From Rubrivivax sp. (GTDB lineage: Bacteria > Pseudomonadota > Gammaproteobacteria > Burkholderiales > Burkholderiaceae_C), in the NCBI GenBank assembly GCA_044237995.1, contig JBIIED010000001.1, positions 2,252 through 66,251 on the forward strand: a DNA stretch of 64,000 nucleotides. The letters are read 5' to 3'. The position numbers and the translations under genes are program-made. The notes under the pieces were generated by a model that made no database searches, was not told where the DNA came from, and saw only the letters and a list, made by a program, of their open reading frames with translations. Each line of letters starts with the position of its first letter. Positions within the stretch are counted from its first letter, which is position 1. Shown in pieces: positions 27,806 to 39,585 of this stretch.

Positions 27806-27818
27806 TAAGTGATTGATT
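27806..27818 (-). promoter_or_regulatory. Putative IHF site upstream of the dcw promoter
   Basis: Minus strand AATCAATCACTTA matches WATCAANNNNTTR exactly, inside an AT-rich patch. Confidence 0.5.
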
Positions 27819-27844
27819 TCCTTGAATTTTTACGCCCAGTTGCA

Positions 27845-27908
27845 TTGACCCGTGGTGTGAAACTCCGCTACAGTGGTGCTTCGTGTCGCAAAGTGGGTTT
27901 TTGTGTCG
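27845..27908 (+). promoter_or_regulatory. dcw (Pmra) sigma70 promoter with MraZ-binding direct repeats
   Basis: TTGACC-N18-TACAGT; GTG(G/T) boxes at 27873, 27883, 27893 and 27903 with exact 10-bp phasing, typical of MraZ operators. Confidence 0.7.
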
Positions 27909-28346
27909 GTCTTTGCATTCAAAGGGGGTCCGGTCCTGACGCTGGACGGAAAGGGGCGAGTCACCGTCCCGGCCCGTTACCGCGAGCTCCTGATGTCGAC
28001 CGTCGGCGGCCAGATGATGGTCAGCAAGAGCCACGTGCGCTGCCTGTCCCTCTTCCCCCGCCCCGTGTGGGACCAGTTCGAGACCCGGCTGCTGGCCCTG
28101 CCGGCCGCAGCCGACGGGCTGCGCCGGCTCTACATCGGCAGCGCCACCGAAGTGGCCATCGACAGCGGCTCGCGCGTGCTGCTGCCACCCGAACTGCGTG
28201 AGTGGGCGGGTCTGGCGCGCGAAGTCGTCTTCATGGGCATGGGCAACCGTTTCGAGCTCTGGGACAAGGCCCGCTACGACGCCCACGAGGCGCAGGTGCT
28301 CGAGCAGGACATGGGCGCCCAGCTGGCGGACCTGTTCATCGGATGA
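27903..28346 (+). CDS. mraZ: Division/cell wall cluster transcriptional repressor MraZ
   Basis: [39 protein letters not shown]; first gene of dcw; start uncertain (GTG 27903). Confidence 0.93.
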   Translation: MSVFAFKGGPVLTLDGKGRVTVPARYRELLMSTVGGQMMVSKSHVRCLSLFPRPVWDQFETRLLALPAAADGLRRLYIGSATEVAIDSGSRVLLPPELREWAGLAREVVFMGMGNRFELWDKARYDAHEAQVLEQDMGAQLADLFIG

Positions 28347-29323
28347 GCGACGGTCCCGACGCATGTCCGCCAGCAGGATCCCGCGAGCCGCCGCACCCCG
28401 GGTGGTCCCACGTCCCGGTGATGCTGAAGGAGGCCGTGCACGCGCTGCAGGTGCAGCCGGAGGGCCTGTACGTGGACGGCACCTTCGGCCGCGGCGGCCA
28501 CGCGCGGGAGATCCTGCGTCAGCTCGGGCCGCAAGGGCGTCTGCTGGTGCTGGACCGCGATCCGCAGGCGATTGCGGCAGCCAACGCGATTGCGGATGCG
28601 CGGCTGATGGTGCGCCACGCCAGCTTTGCCGACCTGGGCGAGGTGCTGGCCAGCCTGGGGCTGGCATCGGTGGATGGCGTGCTGCTCGACCTGGGAGTGA
28701 GCAGCCCGCAGCTCGACGAGCCGGCCCGGGGATTCAGCTTTCGCCACGACGCACCGCTGGACATGCGGATGGACACCACGCGTGGGCCCACCGCAGCGAA
28801 ATTCCTCGCGCAAGCGGAGGAGCAGGAGATCGCGAGGGTCATCCGTGACTGCGGCGAGGAGCGGTTTGCTCACGCGATTGCAAAGGCGGTTGTCGCGCGC
28901 CGTGAAGCCGGGCGGCCGCTGCTGCGCACGCGCGAGCTGGCCGAGGTCGTGGCTCGTGCGGTGCGCACCCGCGAAGCCGGGCAGGATCCGGCCACGCGCA
29001 CCTTCCAGGCCCTGCGCATCCACGTCAACGGCGAGCTCGATGCCCTGGGGCGCGGTCTGCAGGCCGCCCTCGGTTGCCTTGCCCCGGGAGGCAGGCTCGC
29101 CGTGATCAGCTTCCATTCGCTGGAGGACCGCCTGGTCAAGCAGTTCATCGCCCGCGAAAGCCGCGAGGTGATCGACCGGCGTGCGCCCTTCGCGCCCCCG
29201 CCGGCACTGCGGCTGCGCGCCATCGGCCGCGTGCGTCCCTCGGCCGAGGAGGTCGCTGCCAACCCGCGTGCGCGCTCGGCGATCCTGCGCGTGGCCGAGC
29301 GCACGGGGGAGGCGGCGCCGTGA
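28343..29323 (+). CDS. rsmH: 16S rRNA (C1402-N4)-methyltransferase RsmH
   Basis: [47 protein letters not shown]. Confidence 0.96.
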   Translation: MSDGPDACPPAGSREPPHPGWSHVPVMLKEAVHALQVQPEGLYVDGTFGRGGHAREILRQLGPQGRLLVLDRDPQAIAAANAIADARLMVRHASFADLGEVLASLGLASVDGVLLDLGVSSPQLDEPARGFSFRHDAPLDMRMDTTRGPTAAKFLAQAEEQEIARVIRDCGEERFAHAIAKAVVARREAGRPLLRTRELAEVVARAVRTREAGQDPATRTFQALRIHVNGELDALGRGLQAALGCLAPGGRLAVISFHSLEDRLVKQFIARESREVIDRRAPFAPPPALRLRAIGRVRPSAEEVAANPRARSAILRVAERTGEAAP

Positions 29324-29679
29324 CGCGCACCAACCTGCTGCTGCTGGCCGTGCTCGTGCTCAGCGCGCTGCTGCTGGTGCGCACGAGCTACGACGCGCGC
29401 CGGCTCTTCACCGAGATCGACCGCGCGCGCAGCCAGGAGCGCACCCTCGAAGCGGAGTTCCAGCGGCTCGACGCCGAGCGCCGCGTGCAGGCCACGCACC
29501 TGCGCGTGGAGCGCGTGGCACGCGAGAAGCTGCAGATGCGCAACGCCACGGCTGCGCTGACGCATTACACGCCCGAGGCCCCGCTGGCTGCCGCGGTGCC
29601 GGGGCGCGCCGCCCCGGCGGCGCCGGCCGCGCCCGCTGCGGACCCCGCCGCCCCGGGCAGCTCCAAGGGGGCGCGATGA
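29320..29679 (+). CDS. ftsL: Cell division protein FtsL
   Basis: Single TM followed by a coiled coil, [12 protein letters not shown]; lies between rsmH and ftsI with GTGA/ATGA overlaps. Confidence 0.9.
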   Translation: MTRTNLLLLAVLVLSALLLVRTSYDARRLFTEIDRARSQERTLEAEFQRLDAERRVQATHLRVERVAREKLQMRNATAALTHYTPEAPLAAAVPGRAAPAAPAAPAADPAAPGSSKGAR

Positions 29680-31484
29680 AGGCGATCCGCCCGGGTGTGC
29701 GTGGCGTCAACTACGCCACGAGCCCGCTGCTGGCAAGCAAGACACCTCCGTGGCGCTCGCGCTTCGTGGTGGCGCTGCTGGCGCTGGCCTTCCTCGTGCT
29801 CGTGGGCCGCGCCGTGTACATCCAGGTGATCCGTAGCGACTTCTACCTCGAGCAGGGCGAGAAGCGCTACACCAAGACGCTCAAGTTGCCCGCCAGCCGG
29901 GGCCGCATCCTGGATCGCCAGGGCATCGTGCTGGCCACGAGCGTACCTGCACCTTCTGTGTGGGCGGTGCCGCGCACCTTCCAGGCCGATGTGGAGCAGC
30001 GCAAGGCGCTGTCGCGGCTGCTCGACCTGAGCCCGGCGGAGCTGCAGGCACGCACCGACGGGGAGGGCGAGTTCGCCTGGCTGCGCCGGCAGGTCGATAC
30101 AGCCACCTGGGAGCAGGTCAAGGCGCTGGGCGTGCGAGGTGTCCACCAGCAGCCCGAGTTCCGGCGCAGCTACCCCGAGGGTGAGGCAGCCGCGCACATC
30201 GTGGGCTTCACCGACATCGAGGAGAACGGCCAGGAAGGCATCGAGCTGGCCTTCCAGAACCGGCTCGATGGCAAGCCCGGTTCACGCACCGTCATCATCG
30301 ACCGCCTGGGCCGGGTGATCGAGGACCAGGGCGAGCGCCTGGACCCCCTGCACGGCCGTGACGTGACGCTGTCCATCGACAGCAAGGTTCAGTTCTTCGC
30401 CTGGCAGCGCGTGCGCGACGCGGTGCTCGAGCACAACGCCAAGGGTGGCAGCTGCGTGGTGCTGGACGCGCTCACGGGCGAGGTGCTTGCCCTGGCGAAC
30501 TACCCGAGCTTCGACCCGTCCAAGCGCCACGCGCTCAGCGGCGCGCAGCTTCGCAACCGGGCGCTCACCGACATCTTCGAGCCGGGCTCCGTGATGAAGC
30601 CCTTCGTCATCGCCTGGGCGCTGGAAACCGGGCGTGTCACGCCCGACACCCCCATCCAGACCGCGCCCGGCTCGATCACGGTCACCGGCTCGACCATCAA
30701 GGACGCGCACCCGCACGGGGTGCTGTCGGTGTCGCAGGTGGTGCAGAAGTCGAGCAACGTGGGCACGGTGAAGCTGGCCATGGCGATGAGCTCGCGCGAG
30801 ATGTGGGAGCTCTATTCGCAGGCCGGCTTCGGGCGCAAGCCGCAGCTCGAGTTCCCGGGTGCGGTCACGGGCCGGCTGCGCGCCTACAAGACGTGGCGCC
30901 CGATCGAGCAGGCGACGATGAGCTACGGCTACGGGCTGTCGGCCTCGCTCTTCCAGCTCGCGCACTCCTACACCGTGTTTGCGCGCGACGGTGATCTCGT
31001 GCCCGTGACGATGCTTCGGCGGGACGAGGCCGCTGCGGCCACCGCAGCCGCACCGGGCGCCCGCGGCGCCGCGCCGGCTCCCATGCAGGGCGTGCGGGTG
31101 CTGTCGCCTCAGGTGGCGCAGCAGGTGCGGCAGATGCTGCAGCTGGCCGCCGGACCGGGTGGCACTGCGCCCAAGGCGCAGGCCATCGGCTACTCCGTAG
31201 GTGGCAAGACCGGCACCGCACGCAAGCAGGAGGGCAAGGGCTACTCCTCGAGCCGCTACCGCGCGTGGTTCGTCGGGCTCGCGCCAGTCAGTGCCCCCCG
31301 CATCGTCGTGGCGGTCATGGTCGACGAGCCCAGCAAGGGCGTGTTCTACGGCGGCGAGGTGGCCGCGCCGGTCTTCTCGCAGGTCGTGCAGCAGACGCTT
31401 CGCATGATGAACGTCCCGCCCGACATCGAGGTCAAGCCTCAGGTGACGGTCAAGCCCGGCGCGGCCGAGCAGGAGAGCTTCTGA
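29676..31484 (+). CDS. ftsI: Penicillin-binding protein 3 (septal transpeptidase)
   Basis: RGRILDR, R.YP.GE, EPGSVMK (SxxK), KSSNVG (SxN), KTGT. Confidence 0.96.
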   Translation: MKAIRPGVRGVNYATSPLLASKTPPWRSRFVVALLALAFLVLVGRAVYIQVIRSDFYLEQGEKRYTKTLKLPASRGRILDRQGIVLATSVPAPSVWAVPRTFQADVEQRKALSRLLDLSPAELQARTDGEGEFAWLRRQVDTATWEQVKALGVRGVHQQPEFRRSYPEGEAAAHIVGFTDIEENGQEGIELAFQNRLDGKPGSRTVIIDRLGRVIEDQGERLDPLHGRDVTLSIDSKVQFFAWQRVRDAVLEHNAKGGSCVVLDALTGEVLALANYPSFDPSKRHALSGAQLRNRALTDIFEPGSVMKPFVIAWALETGRVTPDTPIQTAPGSITVTGSTIKDAHPHGVLSVSQVVQKSSNVGTVKLAMAMSSREMWELYSQAGFGRKPQLEFPGAVTGRLRAYKTWRPIEQATMSYGYGLSASLFQLAHSYTVFARDGDLVPVTMLRRDEAAAATAAAPGARGAAPAPMQGVRVLSPQVAQQVRQMLQLAAGPGGTAPKAQAIGYSVGGKTGTARKQEGKGYSSSRYRAWFVGLAPVSAPRIVVAVMVDEPSKGVFYGGEVAAPVFSQVVQQTLRMMNVPPDIEVKPQVTVKPGAAEQESF

Positions 31485-33052
31485 TGCGGTGCGCGACCCT
31501 GCGTGATCCGGTCGAGGCTGCAGCATGGCTGGCAGCGCGCTGCAACGGGCGTCTGCGTTCCGACAGCCGGGCCGTCCAGCCCGGAGACGCCTTCATCGCC
31601 TGGCCAGGCCGCACGCACGACGCGCGCGCCCACGTGCCGCAGGCCCTGGCTGCGGGCGCCTCGGCCTGCCTCGTCGAGGCTTCGGGCCTGGAGGCCTTCG
31701 GCCTGGACGACCCGCGCATCGCCGCCCTGGCGGGCCTCAAGCCGGTCGTCGGCGAGGTGGCTTCGGCCGTGCTCGGCCACCCGAGCCACCACCTGCAGGT
31801 GCTGGCGGTGACAGGAACCAACGGCAAGACGTCCACCGCCTGGTGGTGCGCGCAGGCCCTGCGCGCGGCCGGGCGCGGCTGCGGCGTCGTGGGCACCCTC
31901 GGCGTGGGCGAGCCTGCGGCTGCCGAGGCGCCGGTGCAGGCCCTTGCGGCCACGGGCCTGACCACGCCGGACCCCCTGGCCCTTCAGCAGGCGCTGGCGG
32001 GCTTCGTGCAGCAGGGCCTGACGGCCTGCGCCCTGGAGGCCTCGTCGATCGGGTTGCAGGAGGGGCGGCTGGCGGGCACGCGCATCGACCTGGCCATCTT
32101 CACCAACCTCACGCGCGACCACCTCGACTACCACGGCACGATGGAGGCCTATTGGGCCGCCAAGCGCCGGCTCTTCGACTGGCCGGGCCTGCGCGCGGCC
32201 GTGGTCAACGTCGACGACCCGATGGGCGCGCGCCTGGCGGCCGAGCTCGGCGCCACGGATGTCTCCTGCTGGACCGTCTCGGCCCGCGGCCAGGCGCGCC
32301 TGGTGGCCCGGCAGGCGCGCGTGGTCGACGGCGGCCTGGCCTTCGAGGTGCACGAGGCCGGCGAGCGGGCGAGCGTGCGCACCTCGCTGATCGGCGACTT
32401 CAACGTCCACAACCTGCTGGGCGTCATCGCGGCGCTGCGCGCCTCGGGCCTGTCCCTGGCGGCAGCAGCGGCTGCGGCACGGCACCTCGGGCCGGTGCCC
32501 GGGCGGCTGCAGCGCGTGGCGGCCCCCGGCCAACCGCCGGCTGTGGCCCCGGAAGTGATCGTCGACTACGCGCACACCCCCGACGCACTGGAGAAGGTGC
32601 TGCAGACGCTGCGGGCGCTGGCGGCCCAGCGCGGGGGCGAACTGTGGTGCGTGTTCGGCTGCGGGGGAGACCGCGACGCGACCAAGCGCGCACCCATGGG
32701 CGCGATTGCGGCGCGGCTGGCGCGCCACGTGGTGGTCACGAGCGACAACCCGCGCAGCGAAGATCCCGCAGCCATCGCCGCCCAGGTGGTGGCCGGCATG
32801 CCGGCGGCGGCCGCAGGCCGCGTCCGGGAAGTCGTCCTGGGCCGCAGCGAGGCGATCGAGTGCGCGATCGGCCAGGCGGCAGCGGCTGACGTGGTGCTCG
32901 TGGCCGGCAAGGGGCACGAGGCCTGGCAGGAGACGCTCGGGCAGCGGCTGCCCTTCTCCGATGTCGAGGAGGCCAGGCGGGCACTGGCCAGGCGCGGGCA
33001 CGGTGGCGCGGCAGGCGCGGGCCCGTCCGCGCGCCAGGGAGTCATCGCGTGA
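31484..33052 (+). CDS. murE: UDP-MurNAc-dipeptide--meso-DAP ligase
   Basis: [39 protein letters not shown] (DAP-specific), AGKGHE. Confidence 0.96.
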   Translation: MRCATLRDPVEAAAWLAARCNGRLRSDSRAVQPGDAFIAWPGRTHDARAHVPQALAAGASACLVEASGLEAFGLDDPRIAALAGLKPVVGEVASAVLGHPSHHLQVLAVTGTNGKTSTAWWCAQALRAAGRGCGVVGTLGVGEPAAAEAPVQALAATGLTTPDPLALQQALAGFVQQGLTACALEASSIGLQEGRLAGTRIDLAIFTNLTRDHLDYHGTMEAYWAAKRRLFDWPGLRAAVVNVDDPMGARLAAELGATDVSCWTVSARGQARLVARQARVVDGGLAFEVHEAGERASVRTSLIGDFNVHNLLGVIAALRASGLSLAAAAAAARHLGPVPGRLQRVAAPGQPPAVAPEVIVDYAHTPDALEKVLQTLRALAAQRGGELWCVFGCGGDRDATKRAPMGAIAARLARHVVVTSDNPRSEDPAAIAAQVVAGMPAAAAGRVREVVLGRSEAIECAIGQAAAADVVLVAGKGHEAWQETLGQRLPFSDVEEARRALARRGHGGAAGAGPSARQGVIA

Positions 33053-34515
33053 CGATGATGACGCTGGCCCAGGCCCACGCGCTCGTGCCCGGCTCCCGGG
33101 TCGTGGGCGACTCCGGCACCGCCTTTGAACGCGTGCACGCCGACACACGCACGCTGCGCGCGGGCGATCTCTTCGTCGCCCTGCGTGGCGAGCGCTTCGA
33201 CGCGCACGACTTCCTGGCGCAGGCGCGCGTGGCCGGGGCTGCGTCGGCACTGGCCGAGCGCGGGCTGCAGGAAGCTGGATTGCCCGGCCTGCTCGTGCCC
33301 GATTCCCTGGCGGCGCTGCAGGCGCTGGCCGGCGGCTGGCGCCGGCGCCTGCACCTGCCGCTGGTGGCGGTCACGGGCAGCAACGGCAAGACCACTGTCA
33401 CGCAGATGGTGGCTGCGATCCTGCGCGCCTGGCTGGGCGACGGCGCGCTGGCCACCGAGGGAAACCTGAACAACCACATCGGCGTGCCGCTGACGCTGCT
33501 GCGCCTGCGCCAGGACGACGCTCAGTGGCACCGCGCGGCCGTACTCGAACTCGGCACCAACCATCCCGGCGAGATCGCACCGCTGGCGCGGCTGGCCGCA
33601 CCCACGGTGGCCCTGGTCAACAACGCACAGCGCGAGCACCAGGAGTTCCTGCACGGGCTGGAGGCGGTGGCACGCGAGAACGGGTCGGTGTTCGAGGCGC
33701 TTGCGGCCGGTGGCGTGGCCGTGTTCCCGGCTGGCGATGCCCACGACGCGTTGTGGCGCGGGCAGGCCGGATCGCGCCGCACCTGGACCTTCGCCCTGGC
33801 AGGCGACGAAGGAGCGGGTACGCGTGCCGATCTCGTGGGGTATGCCGCGTGGCGCACGCCGGGCGCAGGCGAAGCCCTGGCCGGCTTGCCGAGTGTCCCG
33901 GCTGCGGGCGCCTGGGCGCTGTCGATGGACACGCCCGCGGGCCCCTTGCAGACCTGGCTGGCTGCGCCGGGCCTGCACAACGTTCGCAACGCCGTGGCCG
34001 CCGCCGCCTGTGCGCTGGCCGCCGGCGCGCCGCTGGCGGCGCTTGCGCAGGGTCTGGCGGCCTTCCGCCCGGTGTCGGGCCGCTCACAGCCCGGCGTCCT
34101 GCGGCTGCGCGGGCGCGAGGTCGTGCTCGTGGACGACAGCTACAACGCCAACCCCGATTCGGTGCTGGCCGCGATCGACACCGTGGCCGCCATGCCCGCG
34201 CCGCGCTGGCTCGTGCTGGGCGACATGGGTGAGGTCGGCACGCAGGGTGCGGCTTTCCACGAGGAGGTGGGCAGGCATGCCCGGGCACGCGGGCTCGAGC
34301 ACTTCTGGTGCGCAGGCCCCCTCTCGGCACACGCCGCGCGCGCCTACGGCGCCGGCGCACGCCACCTGGCCGACGCAGCCGCCGTGGTGGCCGCGCTGGG
34401 CCAGGCGCCTGCAGCAGCCAGTGTGATCGTCAAGGGTTCGCGCTTCATGGGCATGGAAAAGGTCGTGGCGGCGCTGCGTGCGCTCGAACCCTCGGAGGCC
34501 TGCGATGCTGCTTAG
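33049..34515 (+). CDS. murF: UDP-MurNAc-tripeptide--D-Ala-D-Ala ligase
   Basis: [40 protein letters not shown]. Confidence 0.96.
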   Translation: MTMMTLAQAHALVPGSRVVGDSGTAFERVHADTRTLRAGDLFVALRGERFDAHDFLAQARVAGAASALAERGLQEAGLPGLLVPDSLAALQALAGGWRRRLHLPLVAVTGSNGKTTVTQMVAAILRAWLGDGALATEGNLNNHIGVPLTLLRLRQDDAQWHRAAVLELGTNHPGEIAPLARLAAPTVALVNNAQREHQEFLHGLEAVARENGSVFEALAAGGVAVFPAGDAHDALWRGQAGSRRTWTFALAGDEGAGTRADLVGYAAWRTPGAGEALAGLPSVPAAGAWALSMDTPAGPLQTWLAAPGLHNVRNAVAAAACALAAGAPLAALAQGLAAFRPVSGRSQPGVLRLRGREVVLVDDSYNANPDSVLAAIDTVAAMPAPRWLVLGDMGEVGTQGAAFHEEVGRHARARGLEHFWCAGPLSAHAARAYGAGARHLADAAAVVAALGQAPAAASVIVKGSRFMGMEKVVAALRALEPSEACDAA

Positions 34516-35686
34516 CCTGAGCCAGTGGCTGATGGCGCTCTTCCCGGAGGAGTTGAGCTTCCTGCGCGTCTTCCAGTACCTGACCTTCCGCTCGGTCATG
34601 GCCGCCCTGACCGCGCTCGTCATCGGTCTGGCCTTCGGTCCGTGGGTGATCCGCAAGCTCACCGAGATGAAGATCGGCCAGCCGATCCGCAGCTACGGCG
34701 TGCAGGCACACCTGGGCAAGCGCGGCACGCCCACGATGGGCGGGGTGCTCGTGCTGATCGGCATCGGCGCGTCCACCATCCTGTGGTTCGACTGGACCAA
34801 CCGCTTCGTCTGGGTCGTCGTCCTCGTGACCTTCGGCTTCGGGGCCATCGGCTGGGCCGACGACTGGCGCAAGGTCGTGCACAAGGACCCCGAGGGCATG
34901 CGCTCGCGCGAGAAGTTCATGTGGCAGTCGATCATCGGGCTGGTGGCGTCGCTCTACCTTGCCTTCGCGGTGTCGGAGAACACGAACCTGAAGGTGCTCG
35001 AGCTCTTCGTGGGCTGGGTGGCCAGCGGCTTCCAGAGCGACCTGCCGCCCAAGGCCGGGCTGATGGTGCCGTTCTTCAAGACGGTGAGCTACCCGCTGGG
35101 CGTCTTCGGCTTCATCGCGCTGAGCTGGCTCGTGATCGTCGGGGCGAGCAATGCGGTGAATTTCACCGACGGGCTCGACGGTCTTGCGATCATGCCCGTG
35201 GTGCTGGTGGGCTCGGCGCTGGGCATCTTCGCCTACGTCACCGGCAACGCCGTCTACTCGAAGTACCTCTTCTTCCCGCACATCCCAGGCGCGGGCGAGC
35301 TGCTCATCTTCTGCGCCGCCATGGCTGGCGCCGGCCTGGCCTTCCTGTGGTTCAACGCGAATCCGGCCCAGGTCTTCATGGGCGACGTGGGCGCGCTCGC
35401 GCTGGGCGGGGCGCTGGGCACCATCGCCGTGATCACGCGCCAGGAGATCGTGCTGGCGATCATGGGCGGCATCTTCGTGGCCGAGGCCCTGAGCGTGATC
35501 ATCCAGGTGAGCTGGTTCAAGTACACGCGGCGCCGCTACGGCGAGGGCCGCCGCATCTTCCTGATGGCGCCGCTGCACCACCACTTCGAGAAGAAGGGCT
35601 GGACCGAGACCCAGGTGGTCGTGCGCTTCTGGATCATCACCATGCTGCTGTGCCTGGTCGGGCTGGCGAGCCTGAAGCTGCGCTGA
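34505..35686 (+). CDS. mraY: Phospho-MurNAc-pentapeptide transferase
   Basis: [40 protein letters not shown]. Confidence 0.97.
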   Translation: MLLSLSQWLMALFPEELSFLRVFQYLTFRSVMAALTALVIGLAFGPWVIRKLTEMKIGQPIRSYGVQAHLGKRGTPTMGGVLVLIGIGASTILWFDWTNRFVWVVVLVTFGFGAIGWADDWRKVVHKDPEGMRSREKFMWQSIIGLVASLYLAFAVSENTNLKVLELFVGWVASGFQSDLPPKAGLMVPFFKTVSYPLGVFGFIALSWLVIVGASNAVNFTDGLDGLAIMPVVLVGSALGIFAYVTGNAVYSKYLFFPHIPGAGELLIFCAAMAGAGLAFLWFNANPAQVFMGDVGALALGGALGTIAVITRQEIVLAIMGGIFVAEALSVIIQVSWFKYTRRRYGEGRRIFLMAPLHHHFEKKGWTETQVVVRFWIITMLLCLVGLASLKLR

Positions 35687-35696
35687 GGCCGCAACC

Positions 35697-37247
35697 GTGA
35701 ACACGCTTGCCGATCAGACCGTGCTGGTGCTGGGCCTGGGAGCCTCGGGCCTGGCGATGGCCGCGTGGTGCGCGCGCCAGGGGGCCCGTGTGCACGTGTG
35801 GGATTCCCGCGAGGCGCCGCCCCAGGCGGCTGCGCTGGCCGAGCGCGTGCCCTCGGCCGTCAGGCTGGGCTGTGCGCTCGACGCGCAGGCGCTCGCGGGC
35901 GTGCACTGGGTGCTCAAGAGCCCCGGCCTGGCCCCGCACGATCCTGTGGTGGCAGCGGTGCTGGAGGCAGCGCGCGCCTCGGGTGTGCGCACGGGAGGCG
36001 AACTCGACCTCTTCGTGCACGCCCTGGCCGACCTGCGCGAGTCGCACCGCTACACGCCCAGGCTGCTGGCCGTGACCGGGACCAACGGCAAGACCACCAC
36101 CACGGCGCTCACGGCTCAGCTCGTCGAGCGCGCCGGGCGCAGCGTGCGAGCGGCCGGAAACATCGGCCCGACGATGCTCGACAGCCTCGCGCAGGCGCTG
36201 GATGCCGATGCGCTGCCGCAGGTGTGGGTGCTGGAGCTGTCGAGCTTCCAGCTGCACGACCTGCACGAGACGGCGCCCTACGAGCCCGACGCCGCTGTGG
36301 TGCTCAACGTCACACAGGATCATCTCGACTGGCACGGCACGATGGCCGCCTACGCAGCGGCCAAGGCGCGGGTGTTCGGGCCGCACGGCACGGTGGTCAT
36401 CAATGCCGACGACGAAACGGTGGCGGCGATGGCCCCTGCCGAGGTCCAGGCCGTTGCACCCCGACGCGGAGCCCGCCGCGCACCGGCCGCACCGGTGCGA
36501 AACGTGGTGCGCGTCGGGTTGCGCGCCCCCGGCCAGCCTGGCGACTTCGGGCTCGTGCAGGAATCGGGCGTGGCCTGGCTCGTGCGTGCGCTGCCGCGCG
36601 AGGAGGGCGTGCGCCCGGGCGCTGCTGACGACGAACCCCTGCACCTGCAGCGGCTCATGCCGGCCGACGCGATGCGCCTGCGCGGCCGCCACAACGCCGC
36701 CAACGCGCTGGCTGCGCTTGCGCTGGCCAGCGCCATCGGCTGCCCGCTGGCTCCGATGCTGCACGGGCTGCGCGAGTACCGCGGCGAGCCGCACCGCCTG
36801 CAGTGGGTGGCCGAGATCGAAGGCGTGGAAGCCTTCGACGACAGCAAGGGCACGAACGTCGGGGCCACGGTCGCGGCACTCGAGGGCCTGGGTGCCGACC
36901 GCGCGCCGGCCCGGCTCGTGCTCATCCTGGGCGGAGAGGGCAAGGGACAGGACTTCTCGCCGCTGGCCGCCCCGGTCTCGCGCCACGCGCGGGCGGTGGC
37001 GCTGATCGGGCGCGATGCGCCGGCGCTGGGTGCTGTGCTGGCCGGATGCGGCGTCCCGCTGCAGGTCCACGCTGACCTGCCACAGGCCGTGCGCTGGTGC
37101 TTCGACCAGGCGCGCCCGGGCGACGCGGTGCTCCTGAGCCCGGCCTGCGCGAGCCTGGACATGTTCCGCGACTACGCTCACCGGGCCGAGGTCTTCGTGC
37201 AGGCCGTGCAGGCCAGGGCCGCCGAGCACGGGGGGATCACAACGTGA
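35697..37247 (+). CDS. murD: UDP-MurNAc-L-Ala--D-Glu ligase
   Basis: [47 protein letters not shown]. Confidence 0.96.
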   Translation: MNTLADQTVLVLGLGASGLAMAAWCARQGARVHVWDSREAPPQAAALAERVPSAVRLGCALDAQALAGVHWVLKSPGLAPHDPVVAAVLEAARASGVRTGGELDLFVHALADLRESHRYTPRLLAVTGTNGKTTTTALTAQLVERAGRSVRAAGNIGPTMLDSLAQALDADALPQVWVLELSSFQLHDLHETAPYEPDAAVVLNVTQDHLDWHGTMAAYAAAKARVFGPHGTVVINADDETVAAMAPAEVQAVAPRRGARRAPAAPVRNVVRVGLRAPGQPGDFGLVQESGVAWLVRALPREEGVRPGAADDEPLHLQRLMPADAMRLRGRHNAANALAALALASAIGCPLAPMLHGLREYRGEPHRLQWVAEIEGVEAFDDSKGTNVGATVAALEGLGADRAPARLVLILGGEGKGQDFSPLAAPVSRHARAVALIGRDAPALGAVLAGCGVPLQVHADLPQAVRWCFDQARPGDAVLLSPACASLDMFRDYAHRAEVFVQAVQARAAEHGGITT

Positions 37248-38509
37248 GCGCGCAGGCCGAGTCCTCGCTGCTGTCGCGCTGGTCGGCGCGGGTGCGCCAG
37301 CGGGCCCAGCCCCAGGCGGCGATGTCGCTGCCCGTGCGGGTCAGCGTCGAGCCCGCGCGCGGCGGCGTGGCCCGTGCCGCCGGGTTCGACCAGGCCCTCG
37401 TGGCCTGCGTACTGGGCCTGATGGCCCTGGGTCTCGTGATGGTCTATTCGGCCTCGGTGGCGCTGCCGGACAACCCCAAGTTCTCGCGCTACGCCTCGAC
37501 CTTCTTCCTCACACGGCACGCGATGTCCATGTGCCTGGCACTCGTGCTGGCGCTCGTGGTGGTGCAGATCCCCACGGCCTTCTGGGAGCGCTGGGCGCCG
37601 CACGTCTTCGTCCTGGCGATCGTGCTGCTCGTGGTGGTGCTCGTGCCCTTCATCGGCAAGGTCGTCAACTTCTCGCGCCGTTGGATCCCGCTGGGCGTCA
37701 TCAACTTCCAGCCCTCGGAACTCGCCAAGCTGGCCATCGCCATGTACGCGGCCAACTACATGGTGCGCAAGATGGAGGTGCGCGAGCACTTCATCCGCGC
37801 GGTGTGGCCGATGGCGGTGGCGTTGGCCTTCGTCGGTGTGCTGCTGCTGCGCCAGCCCGACATGGGCGCGTTCATCGTGATTGCCACGATCGCGATGTCG
37901 GTGCTGTTCCTGGGCGGCGTGAATGCGCGGATGTTCTTCCTGATCGCGGGCATCCTGGTGGCGGTGTTTGCCGTCATGATCGCCTTCGACGACCTGCGCC
38001 GCGGACGCATCCTCGCCTACCTGGACCCCTGGAACCCGCTGTATGCGCAGGGCAAGGCCTACCAGCTCACACACTCGCTGATCGCCTTCGGCCGCGGCGA
38101 AATCTTCGGGCAGGGCCTGGGCAGCTCGGTGGAGAAGCTGCACTACCTGCCCGAGGCGCACACCGACTTCTTGCTGGCCGTCATCGGCGAGGAGCTCGGG
38201 CTCGTCGGCGTGGCGGGTGTCATCGTCACCTTCTTCTGGCTCACGCGCCGTATCGTGGCCATCGGCCGCCAGGCCATCGCGCTGGACCGGGTCTTCGCCG
38301 GGCTCCTGTGCCAAGGCATCGGCGTGTGGATGGGCGTGCAGGCCTTCATCAACATGGGCGTGAACCTCGGCGTGTTGCCCACCAAGGGGCTGACGCTGCC
38401 GCTCATGAGCTATGGGGGCTCGGCCATCCTGATGAACCTGTTTGCCCTGGCGATCGTGCTGCGCGTGGACATGGAAAACCGCACGCTGATGCGGGGAGGG
38501 CGTGTGTGA
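37244..38509 (+). CDS. ftsW: SEDS peptidoglycan polymerase FtsW
   Basis: [46 protein letters not shown]. Confidence 0.96.
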   Translation: MSAQAESSLLSRWSARVRQRAQPQAAMSLPVRVSVEPARGGVARAAGFDQALVACVLGLMALGLVMVYSASVALPDNPKFSRYASTFFLTRHAMSMCLALVLALVVVQIPTAFWERWAPHVFVLAIVLLVVVLVPFIGKVVNFSRRWIPLGVINFQPSELAKLAIAMYAANYMVRKMEVREHFIRAVWPMAVALAFVGVLLLRQPDMGAFIVIATIAMSVLFLGGVNARMFFLIAGILVAVFAVMIAFDDLRRGRILAYLDPWNPLYAQGKAYQLTHSLIAFGRGEIFGQGLGSSVEKLHYLPEAHTDFLLAVIGEELGLVGVAGVIVTFFWLTRRIVAIGRQAIALDRVFAGLLCQGIGVWMGVQAFINMGVNLGVLPTKGLTLPLMSYGGSAILMNLFALAIVLRVDMENRTLMRGGRV

Positions 38510-39585
38510 GCGCCGCCCCCCACCTCGTGATCATGGCCGCTGGCACCGGCGGCCACGTGATGCCGGGCCTGGCCATGGCCCAGGAGATGCGTCAGCGCGG
38601 CTGGAGCGTGAGCTGGCTCGGCACCCGCCAGGGCATGGAGAACCGGCTCGTGCCGCCTGCGGGCATCGTGCTCGACGCGATCGGCTTTTCCGGGCTGCGC
38701 GGCAAGGGGCTGGTTCACGCCGCCACAGGCGGGCTGCGGCTGCTCGTGGCCTTCTGGGAGTGCCTGCGCATCCTGCGCGCGCGCCGCGCCAGCGCGGTGC
38801 TGGGCATGGGCGGCTACGTGTGCTTTCCCGGTGGCCTCATGGCCTCGCTGCTCGGGCGCCCGCTCGTGCTCGTGAACGCCGATGCAACGCTGCTGTTGTC
38901 CAACCGCGCGCTGATGCCGGTGGCCGACGCGATCGCCTTCGGTTTTGACGGGCCTGCGGCGCACGCCGACCGGCGCGCGCTCGTCACGGGCAACCCGGTG
39001 CGCCAGGCGATCGAGGCGCTGCCCGAGCCGGCGCTGCGCTTCGCCGGCCGGGAGGGCCCGCTGAGGCTGCTCGTGGTGGGCGGCAGCCTCGGAGCCCGCG
39101 TGCTCAACCAGACCGTGCCGGCCGCGATCGCTCGCATCGAGCCCGCCCTGCGCCCGCGGGTCGTGCACCAGACGGGCGCTGCCGAGTGCGAGGCCGTGCG
39201 CCAGGCCTACGCCCGAGCGGGCGTCGATGCGCAGGTGCTGCCCTTCCTCGACGACATGCCCGAGCGCCTGGCCCACTGCGACCTGGTGCTGTGCCGCGCC
39301 GGGGCCATCACCGTGAGCGAACTGTGCGCGGCTGGCGCCGCAGCCATCCTGGTGCCGCTGGTGGTGAGCACCACCTCGCACCAGCGCGACAACGCCGCCT
39401 GGATGGCCGCACACGAGGCGGCGCTGCATCTGCCGCAGGCGGAGCTGGAGGCGGCCCGGCTGGCCGCGCTGCTGGCGGGCCTGGATCGCCCGCGGCTGCT
39501 GGCCATGGCGCAGCGCGCGCGTGCACTGGCCCGGCCGCACGCCGCACAGCGCCTGGCCGATGTGATCGAGAGGCTCGTGGCATGA
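38506..39585 (+). CDS. murG: Lipid II GlcNAc transferase MurG
   Basis: AGTGGHV.PG, GMGGYV, TGNPVR, GGSLGA, CRAGA.TVSE, HQ..NA. Confidence 0.96.
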   Translation: MSAAPHLVIMAAGTGGHVMPGLAMAQEMRQRGWSVSWLGTRQGMENRLVPPAGIVLDAIGFSGLRGKGLVHAATGGLRLLVAFWECLRILRARRASAVLGMGGYVCFPGGLMASLLGRPLVLVNADATLLLSNRALMPVADAIAFGFDGPAAHADRRALVTGNPVRQAIEALPEPALRFAGREGPLRLLVVGGSLGARVLNQTVPAAIARIEPALRPRVVHQTGAAECEAVRQAYARAGVDAQVLPFLDDMPERLAHCDLVLCRAGAITVSELCAAGAAAILVPLVVSTTSHQRDNAAWMAAHEAALHLPQAELEAARLAALLAGLDRPRLLAMAQRARALARPHAAQRLADVIERLVA

